Source: a bacterium (lineage in GTDB: Bacteria; Hinthialibacterota; Hinthialibacteria; Hinthialibacterales; Hinthialibacteraceae). Taken from it: a stretch of 64,000 nt of DNA. The translations under genes and the position numbers were made by a program. The stretch is from assembly GCA_963663405.2 (NCBI GenBank), contig CAXXSM010000123.1, positions 830 through 64,829 on the forward strand, given 5' to 3'. The number at the start of each line of letters is the position of its first letter. The first letter of the stretch is position 1. The notes below the pieces were generated by a model, which was not told the DNA's origin, did no database searches, and was given only the letters and a program-made list of their open reading frames with translations. This document shows positions 53,651-63,669 of this stretch, piece by piece.

Positions 53651-56074
53651 TTATCTTGGTTGATCGTTCTTCCAATAGACGAGTATGAGAATGTCCAACG
53701 CTTTGATTCCAGCAAAAATATAGAATGTGTTGACCAATCCAAGCAGCGGGATCAATAGAGCGCCAGTAATGAGCGCCCCGAGCATTCCCCCAAAATGATC
53801 CGCTGCGTCGGCCCATCCACTAATAGATGGTAGAGAATCTCCGGTTTGTTCCATCGCTCTAACTGCGGTTGGGAATAAGAGTCCCCCGAAATACGCGATC
53901 GATCCAATCCAAGTCAATAATAGAATCTCTATCGCTCCCGTACCCATAGTGGAAAAACCACTGGATGCGATCAAATGAAAGATCAATGGCGCTGTGATGA
54001 GCATAAAAAAGAAGGCTGTATTCACACTGACAAGGAGTGTTGGATACTGGGCCGGGTGTTTTCGGAGAAATCGGACGCCTGTCGATGATCCGAAAGCCAG
54101 ACCGAGCATGAATACGCCGAAAAAGAGTCCAATATGCTGGTAAAGCGCGCCCACCCGGCTTTGAAAAAAAAGCAGAATAGCGATTTCCGCTCCCATTGCT
54201 CCCAATCCAGCCGTCGACAGCGCCGTAAGAGGAGCCGCGGCTTTTTTCATTGACCGGGAAGTGAAAATGCGAAAACCAACATAAGGAATTAGAAACAGGA
54301 GAAAGGCCGCCGCCACGCCAACACCAATAAGTTCTTTACTCATCCCCGCCAGACGTTCCACCGGCGCCCATCTCAAATATCCATATTGCTTCGTCCATAG
54401 AATCAGGTCGTACAGATAACATAACGGTTGAAGATCCGTATTTTTGGGAAGTGATTTGCGAGCCTCGAAGGCCGGTTGCAATTGTTCAATCCGGCCGGGA
54501 TCGTAATAGACGGAGAAGAGTTCCGGGGCGAAATTGGGGATCTCATCTTTAGGAAACCGTTCCGCGATTATATCAGGATCGGCGATTAAAGAACGGTTGG
54601 GACTGGCGAAATACCACCATTGTGTCCCTGGAATAACCAACACATTTTGAAAGACATCCTTTAGTGTCCAATACAATGTTCCGCAAAACGTTCCTATGTC
54701 ACCGAATTCATAATTAGGGGTTCCCTCCACCGCAATCACGAATACGCCATCATCATTTAAAATATTGCGAGCCAGTTGAAAAAAATCGCGAGTGTAGAAA
54801 CGATTGAGCACTCCATTGGAGGGATTGGGTTGGTTGACAGCAATCAGGTCGAATAAGGTGTCTTTCGATTGCGATTCGAGAAAGTAGTCTCTTGGATCCA
54901 CCGTTTCAAACTGTACAGAACGATGAAACGCGGCTTTAGAGTCATGATCCAGAAATGGTTGTACGATTTCCTGAATTCCTGGATCGATCTCTATACAGAC
55001 TAGCGAGGTTGGATGGTATTCCGCCATGCCTTTGAGTAAATCCACTCCACTTGCGCCAAGTAAGAGAATCCGTTCCGCGCCGGGAGATTGGGAGAGAGCC
55101 ATGTGCGCCCAATGCGCATATTCATATTCGTTTGGAAAAGAGAAAAGCGGCGCTCCACTTCCAAAAACAGTGAATTGTTCGTCTCGCTCACCAACCTCCA
55201 ACCGTTGATAGGGCGTTTCCAACACACGCGTGAGAGTATAACCCGGATGCCGTCCGTCCCATCGTTGTTGCGCGGTATAGGAATCTAAGGCGCGAGGAAT
55301 TCCGAATCCAAATGCCACAATCAGCGATCCCAGCAGAACTCCCCAGAATGAGCGAATCCATGTTGATGGGCCGGCTTGGATGAAGAAAAGTAAAAAGAAG
55401 AAACCGAACATGAAGGCGGCGATTTCGAAGGGATTGAAATAGGGAACAACGCGGAGAATCAACAACGCGCCTGCCAATACACTTCCAAAGGATTCATAAA
55501 TAAAAACAGATCCAGTCAACTGCGAGGCGTTATCGGATGTCTCCAAATCACGGCGCATATGTGCTGTTTTCAATCTGATCGCTAAGAGGGGGAAGGCGAA
55601 TCCTATGGATACACCAATCGGAGCCACGGCTCCTAATGAAAGAATCAGCATATACGCCGGAGACGGCTTCTCTTCTACGGGCAGTGAGAACAAATCCGGT
55701 GAGAGACGGATGAAAGTTACGCCATAGCATAGACACAAAGGCAATGCGAGCAGCGCCGCGGGAAAGAGATAGGATAGCCATTTCTCCGCATGAATCTTCT
55801 GTGGAATCAACGCCCCAAAAGTAATTCCGGACAACCACCAGACCAATAACAACGAAAGAGTCAGCTCATTCCCTTCGAGAATCGTCAGTTCTTCTCGGAA
55901 CAGGATCACCTGCGACAACGTCGCGAAACACCCCATACCAAACGCGGTGGTAAGAACAAATCCCTGTGAACAGCGCAGTCTCTCAAAAATCGAATCCATC
56001 AAAGAACGTGTCCTGATTGGTAAAATACTCGTATTGATTCCATCATAAACGAATTCCAAGAGAATTGAATCCAA
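53651..56074 (-). CDS. Polytopic membrane protein with central spermidine-synthase-like (class I methyltransferase-fold) domain
   Basis: Multi-TM N- and C-terminal regions. The central region is ERILLLGASGVDLLKGMAEY..LVCIEIDPGIQEIV...FDLIAVNQPNPSNGVLNRFYTRDFFQLARNILNDDGVFV. An ATG at about 55999 (MDSIFERL) is an alternative start. Confidence 0.75.
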   Translation of the reverse strand: MDSILLEFVYDGINTSILPIRTRSLMDSIFERLRCSQGFVLTTAFGMGCFATLSQVILFREELTILEGNELTLSLLLVWWLSGITFGALIPQKIHAEKWLSYLFPAALLALPLCLCYGVTFIRLSPDLFSLPVEEKPSPAYMLILSLGAVAPIGVSIGFAFPLLAIRLKTAHMRRDLETSDNASQLTGSVFIYESFGSVLAGALLILRVVPYFNPFEIAAFMFGFFFLLFFIQAGPSTWIRSFWGVLLGSLIVAFGFGIPRALDSYTAQQRWDGRHPGYTLTRVLETPYQRLEVGERDEQFTVFGSGAPLFSFPNEYEYAHWAHMALSQSPGAERILLLGASGVDLLKGMAEYHPTSLVCIEIDPGIQEIVQPFLDHDSKAAFHRSVQFETVDPRDYFLESQSKDTLFDLIAVNQPNPSNGVLNRFYTRDFFQLARNILNDDGVFVIAVEGTPNYEFGDIGTFCGTLYWTLKDVFQNVLVIPGTQWWYFASPNRSLIADPDIIAERFPKDEIPNFAPELFSVYYDPGRIEQLQPAFEARKSLPKNTDLQPLCYLYDLILWTKQYGYLRWAPVERLAGMSKELIGVGVAAAFLLFLIPYVGFRIFTSRSMKKAAAPLTALSTAGLGAMGAEIAILLFFQSRVGALYQHIGLFFGVFMLGLAFGSSTGVRFLRKHPAQYPTLLVSVNTAFFFMLITAPLIFHLIASSGFSTMGTGAIEILLLTWIGSIAYFGGLLFPTAVRAMEQTGDSLPSISGWADAADHFGGMLGALITGALLIPLLGLVNTFYIFAGIKALDILILVYWKNDQPR

Positions 56075-56240
56075 TCCGAGAAACCATTCTTTTAAAAAAG
56101 AGGAATTCTTTCATTTAAACAGTCAACTTATCACCAGCTTTCAAAAATTTTATATGCGCTTTCCATTTACTCGTATCTATGATTATTATAAATTAAGGAA
56201 TTGTTAGGATTTTATTAAAATAAATTATAGGAGATGTAAC

Positions 56241-57395
56241 ATGTGGACTTCTACTCGTAAATTTCTACTAACCATTTTACTCGCCGCTTGCGCCATGCTC
56301 TTGACGCAGGCTTCCCCCTGCTTTTGTCAAGGTGTTTGGTGGCAGGCTCCGCAACTCAAGTATGTTGAAGAAATGCCGGAGGAGGCGCATGGAACCTCTC
56401 CCCATTATTGGACGTTCAGTGGGCCCAGTCTTACTGACTCGACGAACGATCAAACGTATCTCTACACGCAGGATTCAAACATGAACGAAAACTTCAGCCA
56501 ATATGTTGTCGCCGAATTACGCGCGGCGAATACTGCGGATGAAGTCACGTATCGCTGGGCGGTTGATCACATCGGCCGGCCTAAAGGGTGTACGCAATAC
56601 GGTAACCGGCTGGTCATTGGCAATGGAGGAGAAGAGAACCAGCCTTTCACCGGTTATCCGGATGATTTCACAATCGGAGACCGTCCCGAAACGCTCTTGG
56701 AAGCCGATATCTCTCCCGATTGTGACACCCTGCATTTCAACCATGACGGAACCCTTCTCTACACAGACCATTACAGTTCAGCGACGGGCAGCCGGCACAC
56801 GCTTCATCGCTATCAAGTCACCGGTTCCCTTGATGAAGACGGTCAGGCGTTTACACGGGATGTCGCCTGGCAGGACAACGGCACGTTTTCTTCCTCCGTC
56901 GCCCGTCTCCGCAACTTCTGTGTCAAATACATTGGAGGAAAAGACCTGATCTATTATGGTGAAGGAGACACAACCGCGCTTCTCCCCTCCGTCTATGTTC
57001 TCGATCCCGAAACGGGCGAGGAAACGCTGCTGGTCGATGAGGTCTTCGCATCGGGCGAGGGAGAGGACCAGGATATCGTGAACGTTAAAATCGCTGGTGT
57101 GGCTTCAGGTGATTTACACCTATATGTAATGGGAAATATCGCTGGATTGAAAATCTACAAACTCGCAGAAGATGGATTAAGTGTAGAAAACGATGGGGAG
57201 CCGGTGGCCTACATCACGACCGATCAACTGAATGAAATCACCAACAGTGAAGCGTTCAGCAGTCATTGCCGGGCATTCGAAGTGACCGATGATCAAGAAT
57301 ACGCCTTTTTCAGTTCCCACGACGCCAATGCAAATATCTTTGTTATCTATGCCGAACCCGGATCGTCTGTGAACGATTGGCTTGAACGACAATAA
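56241..57395 (+). CDS. Secreted hypothetical protein
   Basis: 384-aa ORF with signal peptide MWTSTRKFLLTILLAACAMLLTQA. No domain recognised. Confidence 0.55.
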   Translation: MWTSTRKFLLTILLAACAMLLTQASPCFCQGVWWQAPQLKYVEEMPEEAHGTSPHYWTFSGPSLTDSTNDQTYLYTQDSNMNENFSQYVVAELRAANTADEVTYRWAVDHIGRPKGCTQYGNRLVIGNGGEENQPFTGYPDDFTIGDRPETLLEADISPDCDTLHFNHDGTLLYTDHYSSATGSRHTLHRYQVTGSLDEDGQAFTRDVAWQDNGTFSSSVARLRNFCVKYIGGKDLIYYGEGDTTALLPSVYVLDPETGEETLLVDEVFASGEGEDQDIVNVKIAGVASGDLHLYVMGNIAGLKIYKLAEDGLSVENDGEPVAYITTDQLNEITNSEAFSSHCRAFEVTDDQEYAFFSSHDANANIFVIYAEPGSSVNDWLERQ

Positions 57396-57430
57396 AAAAA
57401 TTAATCTTTCTCAGTGAATTGAAAGATAAT

Positions 57431-57459
57431 GGGGTGGAGAAGAACTTCACCCCTTTTTA
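57431..57459 (+). terminator. Rho-independent terminator
   Basis: The hairpin GGGGTGGA-gaagaac-TTCACCCC is followed by TTTTTA, 36 nt after the stop at 57395. Confidence 0.55.
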
Positions 57460-57468
57460 TCTGCCCCT

Positions 57469-57957
57469 ATGGAGATTCATAATATAGGGATGGCAGGTTA
57501 TCGCGGTCACATAGGCGGAGCGCTTCTTTTCTGTGGATTGCTCTATTTTTTTCCCTTTTGGAATCCATTGCCGGTCTGGGGAAAGGCGGCTTGTGTGGGA
57601 ATCGCGGTACTATTTGCATTGTGGCCGGACGTGGATGTAAAGAGTAAAGGGCAAACGATTTATATCCTCGCGTTTCTCATTATCGATGCAATTTTAATCT
57701 ACCGGCAAGAATATAAACGCGCCGCCTATCTTGGATTCTTGATCGTACTGCCGATCGTCAGCCCTCACCGTGGATGGACCCACAGTTTTATCGCGATGAT
57801 CCTGATTCCCGGCGCCATCTATCTGGCCGTGATTAAGTATACGGAAGGAACTCCCAAAGATTATCTCCCCTATTTCCTCGCCGCTTTATTTGGATACGCG
57901 AGCCATCTGCTCCTGGATCGAATACCTTTATTCAACAGAAAACGGAATCGCCGTTAG
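57469..57957 (+). CDS. Membrane-bound metal-dependent hydrolase (YdjM/DUF457-like)
   Basis: 162-aa polytopic ORF with HRGWTHSF and SHLLLD motifs. Confidence 0.6.
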   Translation: MEIHNIGMAGYRGHIGGALLFCGLLYFFPFWNPLPVWGKAACVGIAVLFALWPDVDVKSKGQTIYILAFLIIDAILIYRQEYKRAAYLGFLIVLPIVSPHRGWTHSFIAMILIPGAIYLAVIKYTEGTPKDYLPYFLAALFGYASHLLLDRIPLFNRKRNRR

Positions 57958-58211
57958 ACCTGTGCATTGATTAAAAAATATGGTTGAGAATTTTAACGTT
58001 GCCTTTATATATTTTTCATTATTTGACTTTTTTATCTAGTTATTGAAATCATTTCGAGTAGAATACAATGACCACCCTATAAATTGCTGAATAGACTACT
58101 GCTGTTTCATTTCATGAGTTTGTGTAAAATTGGAAAATGTTTTGAGAAACGCCAGTATATCTATAGTACTTTACGCGGGTGCTATATCAAAACAGTTAGG
58201 AGAAGTACACG

Positions 58212-58415
58212 ATGGCGACCGGACGAGTAAAATGGTTTAACGAAAAAAAGGGATATGGTTTTATCGAACAAGAAAATGGAAAAGATGTTTTTGTTCATCA
58301 CCAAGATATCATAGGGGATGGATTTAAAAATCTCTACGAAAACGAAGCCGTTGAGTTTGATGTCGAACAAGGCGCGAAAGGCCCCAAAGCGACGAACGTA
58401 AAAACCATTGGATAA
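58212..58415 (+). CDS. cspA: Cold-shock protein (CspA family)
   Basis: [33 protein letters not shown], with RNP1 (KGYGFI) and RNP2 (VFVHH) motifs. 67 aa. AGGAGA lies upstream. Confidence 0.95.
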   Translation: MATGRVKWFNEKKGYGFIEQENGKDVFVHHQDIIGDGFKNLYENEAVEFDVEQGAKGPKATNVKTIG

Positions 58416-58648
58416 TTCGAAAATTGTTGAGTTACGGTTCTTAGAGTCAACCGTTTTAGTCAAATGATAAATTAAGAGGAAACCGCCATTAAAAGAGGCT
58501 CTCAGGGGGATTACTATTAGAAAAAACGGCGTTGAGAACTCATTGAGATGGCTTCAATATTGAGAAAAATCCTTCGATATGTTCTGATGTAAGTACAATT
58601 TCTATTGCATGAATTATATGTTTTCACTGAATCTCTTTTTATTGTCTA

Positions 58649-61513
58649 TTGTGGAAACATCTTTATGTTGTGGTTGCGATGATTCAATCGACTCAAAAAT
58701 ACTTTTTAACTATTTCCTTACTTTTCATTCTGTTGATTGTTGTTTTTATTCTATGGATTGTGCATTTTAACTATCCACCCTATTCTCCTCCTCACTCCCA
58801 ATTAGTGACAGTTGATGACGAAGATAACGATGCGGCGCCAGTTCCAGATCCAATTGATCAAGCCAAAACTGCAATCCCCAAACAATCCACAATCCATTCC
58901 ACGACGCCGCCGCTTATAGCGAATTCTTCTTCTCCGTCTTTATCAAAAACTAGGGTGCAATTTCAGGATGAACCACTGAGTATTCAAATTGTTGACGCAA
59001 TGGGAGACGAGATCCCCAAAGGATGTATACACTTTCAAGATCAAGACTATAACTTTGTAAATGGATCGCTTCAAATTGATGCGCATCCCGCGAGCGGCGC
59101 ATGTCCGCTTGCTTGTGAGGCGAATGGGTACGCGTCCGCGACGGAAATCATTCATCTGCCTGTACGTGATAGCGTAATGATAACGCTGGAATATCTTTGT
59201 TCTTTTGATACGAAAGTCTATCTTGGAAATGAATCCAATCGCCCTGTAGCAGGCGCGGAAGTGACGCTGTGGAAAGGGCCGAATGTACAACGTCCGCTTC
59301 CTGCCAATACTAAATTCAATTATCTCACACAGGGATTAAAGAGGATGCAAGCCCATCTCAAACGGGAAGAAGATGGGTGCCGGATTATCCATCCAGGAGA
59401 AAACGCGCCACCCGTGAGAGGCGCGTTTTTAGGAAAACAAACAGATCTTGAAATGGAAGATTTAATCGTTGGGATCTCAGGCTGCCGGTGGAATGAAAAT
59501 GTGCGAATTCTTCATCATCCTTTGGATGAAATCTATCCGTATAATAATCACAATTCTCTGCGTCTTCGTGTCTGGGATGCTTTGATCGCCTATTCATATG
59601 ATGAGAAGGACAATTTAGAGACCATACGCAGATGGGAAGATGCGGATGATTTCGTTGATATCCAAAGAGGAGCATCAAAGTTTTACTGTATGGTGGATGC
59701 GAATATTGAAAAAGGTACTATCGTATCTACACAAACAACAAATTCAAATGGAACCTGCCGTTTCGAATCTCTCCCCGCTGGAACGTATATCGCGCAAGCG
59801 CGGAAAGGAAATATCCGTTCGTTTTATAAAATCCTTCATCCCGCGCGCAGTGGGGCCGATCTGAATCTAATAAGCGCATCCAGCAAAGTCCGCGTAAGAG
59901 TGGTGAGAGCGGGTGTTGAATATAAATTTGCAGCGGCGATTCCTGGGGCGAGTATCCAATTTCATCCAATCGATCAGACGCAAGAAGGATTCTATGTCGG
60001 TGAAACCAACCGCTATGGATCTGTGGATTTTAATTCTCTGCCATGGGGGAAATATAAACTCCGTATAACGCCTTCTTCCGATTTATTTGAAACACCAAAG
60101 ACAATGCTGGTAGATATTGATGAGCCTCAGGAATATCTCATCATTGAATTAAAAGGTGAAGGATACACTATATCCGGACGTGTCCTTGTGGATGAGACCA
60201 ATGAATCCGTGGCTGATTTTGGTCTTGAATTATCCCAACGGAAACCAAATGATGGAACATTTTCCCGTCTAAAATCAGATTCGAATGGGGCATTTACCTT
60301 CAAGAATGTTCCTTCAGGAGAATATTGTTTATCACCCTTGATTGATCGGCGATATCATATTGGCTATACCGTGGCCCGTCAGATGGAGAAATTGACCTAT
60401 CCTTTATCGGCTGTCAGTGAATTTAATCTCTCCACAATTTCTGAAAATGATGAACAATACGTTTTTTCTTCTCTCACTCAGGATGTGGCCGGACTCACTC
60501 TTTTCGTCACGGATGATATTCATGACATCAAATATTATGTGCATCCCACTGTAGAAACTCTCTTTCGTGGTTCTGTAAGGACTGAGGATGGAAAGCCGGT
60601 TCCCGGCGCTTCTATTTCTACTGATTCAGCGGTTCGTTTTCTTTCCCCCGATCCTGTTTCTGACCAGGATGGTAGATTTGAATTAACGACAGTAACCCGG
60701 CCAAGCCGGTATCCCCATCAATTAACTTTTGTAGCGTCCGTCAAGGAGATCCTTGAAGGTCCTATGACAGGAATGTCTCACCGTGTCTTAATGCGAGGAA
60801 TAAAAGATGTGCTATTCAGTATTGGCGATGATGTCTCCGGTATAGATATTGTCGTCGAGGATATCATCCGGGATGGGAAAATTACTGGAAAAATCGAAAC
60901 AGAAGACGGGCTGAATTATTTTGATGGATTCAATGCAATGGCAATCCAGAAATCTAATTCTGTTATGGAAAGAATCGGATTTGATGGCGAATACATCATT
61001 GAAGGATTGGAATCAGGTCCTGTCACATTGTGGATCTTACCTCCAGCGGGTTTTGAGCAAGATCGCCGATTCGGAGAAGTGCGGATACAAGAATATTGCT
61101 CCGAATTCTATGACATTGAAATCCCCGAAGATGGGGAGCCTCCATTTATTCATACAACGCTTGTTCGAGCGGCGCATCTTGCGGGCTGTGTTGTGAATGC
61201 GATTAGGCAACCGGTTGTGATGGCCGCTCTCGTACTACCTGAAGTGTCTCAATCGAGCAAGAGATCCACCTATTCAGATGACCGGGGAATGTTCTGGATG
61301 TATGCTCTTCGGCCTGGAAAACCGTATCGGTTGGAAATCACTTGTGAGGGGAGAACGAAACCCGATTTGATTTTGGAAGGCGTTATTCCACCGAATGATG
61401 ATATGACAATTGTTCTACAAGAAGGCTCTACCCAGGAATTGAAATCAATCGCATCTGATCAATTAATATTAGAAAAGGTTTCTAACTCTTCTCCATATCG
61501 GGTGGAATACTAA
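58649..61513 (+). CDS. Large N-terminally anchored protein with multiple carboxypeptidase-regulatory-like (CarboxypepD_reg) Ig-like domains
   Basis: TM anchor YFLTISLLFILLIVVFILWIV. Repeated motifs are SNGTCRFESLPAGTYIAQA, RYGSVDFNSLPWGKYKLRITP, SDSNGAFTFKNVPSGEYCLSP and SDQDGRFELTTV. Confidence 0.65.
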   Translation: MWKHLYVVVAMIQSTQKYFLTISLLFILLIVVFILWIVHFNYPPYSPPHSQLVTVDDEDNDAAPVPDPIDQAKTAIPKQSTIHSTTPPLIANSSSPSLSKTRVQFQDEPLSIQIVDAMGDEIPKGCIHFQDQDYNFVNGSLQIDAHPASGACPLACEANGYASATEIIHLPVRDSVMITLEYLCSFDTKVYLGNESNRPVAGAEVTLWKGPNVQRPLPANTKFNYLTQGLKRMQAHLKREEDGCRIIHPGENAPPVRGAFLGKQTDLEMEDLIVGISGCRWNENVRILHHPLDEIYPYNNHNSLRLRVWDALIAYSYDEKDNLETIRRWEDADDFVDIQRGASKFYCMVDANIEKGTIVSTQTTNSNGTCRFESLPAGTYIAQARKGNIRSFYKILHPARSGADLNLISASSKVRVRVVRAGVEYKFAAAIPGASIQFHPIDQTQEGFYVGETNRYGSVDFNSLPWGKYKLRITPSSDLFETPKTMLVDIDEPQEYLIIELKGEGYTISGRVLVDETNESVADFGLELSQRKPNDGTFSRLKSDSNGAFTFKNVPSGEYCLSPLIDRRYHIGYTVARQMEKLTYPLSAVSEFNLSTISENDEQYVFSSLTQDVAGLTLFVTDDIHDIKYYVHPTVETLFRGSVRTEDGKPVPGASISTDSAVRFLSPDPVSDQDGRFELTTVTRPSRYPHQLTFVASVKEILEGPMTGMSHRVLMRGIKDVLFSIGDDVSGIDIVVEDIIRDGKITGKIETEDGLNYFDGFNAMAIQKSNSVMERIGFDGEYIIEGLESGPVTLWILPPAGFEQDRRFGEVRIQEYCSEFYDIEIPEDGEPPFIHTTLVRAAHLAGCVVNAIRQPVVMAALVLPEVSQSSKRSTYSDDRGMFWMYALRPGKPYRLEITCEGRTKPDLILEGVIPPNDDMTIVLQEGSTQELKSIASDQLILEKVSNSSPYRVEY

Positions 61514-61985
61514 GGAAAAAATTGCAGCGCAAGGGTGGATTCCCATTGGCGCGGCGGAGGATATTCACTTGTCCAACGTGGGATATCGCGTCCGCGATGG
61601 GACCATTGATGAGATGCCAGAATGGTTTTTCTTCAAGAGTAATCTCTGTCAATTCTTCTTCGTTCATCTCTGAAAAAGCAATGCGCAGGTCTGAGATCTT
61701 TTCTAAGATGGCGTTTCTAACCAATGATATATCAGATGGTTGAGGGATTATATCCTGTTTAAGGGCAAGACCGATCCAATTCACGAGCGCCAAAATGTGA
61801 ATCACAATTTCTTCCACGCTCATTCCATCCTTTGAAAAGCGGTACGCGTAATCCCGTTCAGTGAGTCCTTCCGTGGCCCAATAGAATCGAAAACCAAGAC
61901 CATCCAACATCCGTGTTATGACACCTACGCCGTTGATGGCGTTTGGATACGTTGAGATTTCCCGAAAAGGTAGTTTCTCATTCAT
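61482..61985 (-). CDS. DinB-superfamily protein
   Basis: 167 aa. The helical-bundle pattern has YWATEGL, HILALVNW and a C-terminal ISHVGQVNILRRANGNP. Its 3' end overlaps the convergent 58649 gene by about 30 nt. Confidence 0.5.
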   Translation of the reverse strand: MNEKLPFREISTYPNAINGVGVITRMLDGLGFRFYWATEGLTERDYAYRFSKDGMSVEEIVIHILALVNWIGLALKQDIIPQPSDISLVRNAILEKISDLRIAFSEMNEEELTEITLEEKPFWHLINGPIADAISHVGQVNILRRANGNPPLRCNFFLSIPPDMEKS

Positions 61986-63437
61986 GATTGTTCTCCCAAA
62001 TTCTCTTTGATATTGGATTGATGGCTCTTTTTTACTTCTTCAATCAGCTCTGTAAGAAGTGTTTGTAAATGCTGCCGTGATATTTTTGCGTTGATCTTAT
62101 TGCTGAGCGCGTGACACATCTGGATGAAACAGTCCGCCGCGCGATCCTCTTTTAATTGATTCGCGGAGAATTCTTGTAGCGCATCTTGTCTTAAGAATGT
62201 GATTTCGTCTAAAAGAATTTGGAGTTTTTTTATGTCGCTGGCGTCTCCTTCGCCGTCGAGTTCAACTTGTTTGCGTTCGATGTTGAGAAGGGAACGCATG
62301 TATTTATCCAATCGATGTTCCTTTTTTCGTATTCTCCGTTCTCGTAACGAGCGTAATCCGAAATAGACCGCGATAAAAAAAGATACAACAAACGAACGGA
62401 TTCCTTCCGTTCCCTCAACAAAGTCTGGAGGGAGTAGGGGGCGCAGTTCAGGATTGTAAAAATTCGCAGCGCCTTGGTGGAGTGGATAGGCTGGTTTCCT
62501 GAGAGAAAATGTGCGGCCTTCGGCGAACAGTTCTTCCAGCTGGTTCTCCATCATGAATTTCTCATCCATTATGATTTCCACAACTTTTCTGACTAGATTC
62601 GCATTGACACCCGTACGTGTCAGTAACTGGGCGCCCGCCGCGATAGTTTTAATATTCCGTTGCTGGTGATGAGTGGGGAAGATAACTGTATAGTGATTGC
62701 AGGAATTTCGTATGGATAAGTAAACAGATAATTCTTTTCTAGGGCTCGGTAATGTGGAATGTCAATGAAATCGCATGTTCCTGACTCTGCAAGCCTCCGG
62801 AAAATGGGCGCATGCGTTCCCACGGTGATAAACGCGGCGTCGATGGTTCCCTTGTTAAAACCTTGTAGGACTTCCTGATAGTTAAGGTTTTGAATGTGAA
62901 TTTTTCCATTTAGATTGAAATGATCGAGTAGTACCAAACCCATGGAATAATCCCCCCGACCGTTTCAAACCAAGGCTAACCGTCTTGTCCACAAGATCGC
63001 CGGGACACTGGATTCCCGCTCCACGCCGAACGATGAAATGCGCTGGCTGTGAATATAGATTTGCGGCGAATGCGACATGTTCATCACCGAGGGTATGAAT
63101 TTGCAAACCCGCATCTTTCGCAAAATCTGGATCGTGTTTTAGCAGGACATCAAGGGTACCCGCGCTGATATAATGCGAAATCGACATTTCCACTCTGGAG
63201 AAGCCGCAGATTGGTGAGTGATCCACTCGTTGTGACTGTATCGACGGTCAGACCGAGTTGTAAGCGGATCTCATGGGCTAAATTTTCGCTGAGCTGTTTA
63301 TATAATCCACCCGGCGGCCCTGTGGCGATCGTTACCAAAGAAGGGAGAGCGGTCCAGATTGTGTATATCTCATGGAGCGCCACAGGAAGAAGAACCAAAA
63401 AGAAAGCGACGATGATCCGAATCCACTTCTTACTCAC
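61982..63437 (-). pseudogene. TAXI-family TRAP solute-binding protein with C-terminal TM helix and coiled-coil tail, split over four ORF pieces
   Basis: The pieces are 63150..63437 (TM, then ATGPPGGLYKQLSENLAHEI...TSGSLTNLRLLQSGNVDFALYQ), 62882..63226, 62620..62943 and 61982..62581 (..PLHQGAANFY.., TM helix SFVVSFFIAVYFGL, coiled coil). They lie in different frames with continuous family similarity. Confidence 0.6.
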
Positions 63438-63669
63438 GATCCACCTCCGGTTTTTTTTTCAGTTTTACCGCCTGGGCAGCCAACATGAAAACAATAGCGT
63501 AGATCCTTCTTAGAAATAAAACTGTGGAAATGCATCGGTTCATGATTACGTGAGTCGATTACGTTTGTGAGAAAATTAATTCTGTTTTTGTAAATAAGTA
63601 AAGGGGAGGGAAGGTTTGTTTTAAATTATGAAAAGTGTTTATAAGCTATTTAATCATTCTTCCACAACT

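Noticed and set aside
58023-58211. Promoter and cold-box assignment upstream of cspA
   Set aside because: Candidate -35 and -10 hexamers (TTGAAA, TACAAT) have suboptimal spacing by my count. I cannot define a cold-box consensus from a single sequence, so I am not reporting it as a feature.
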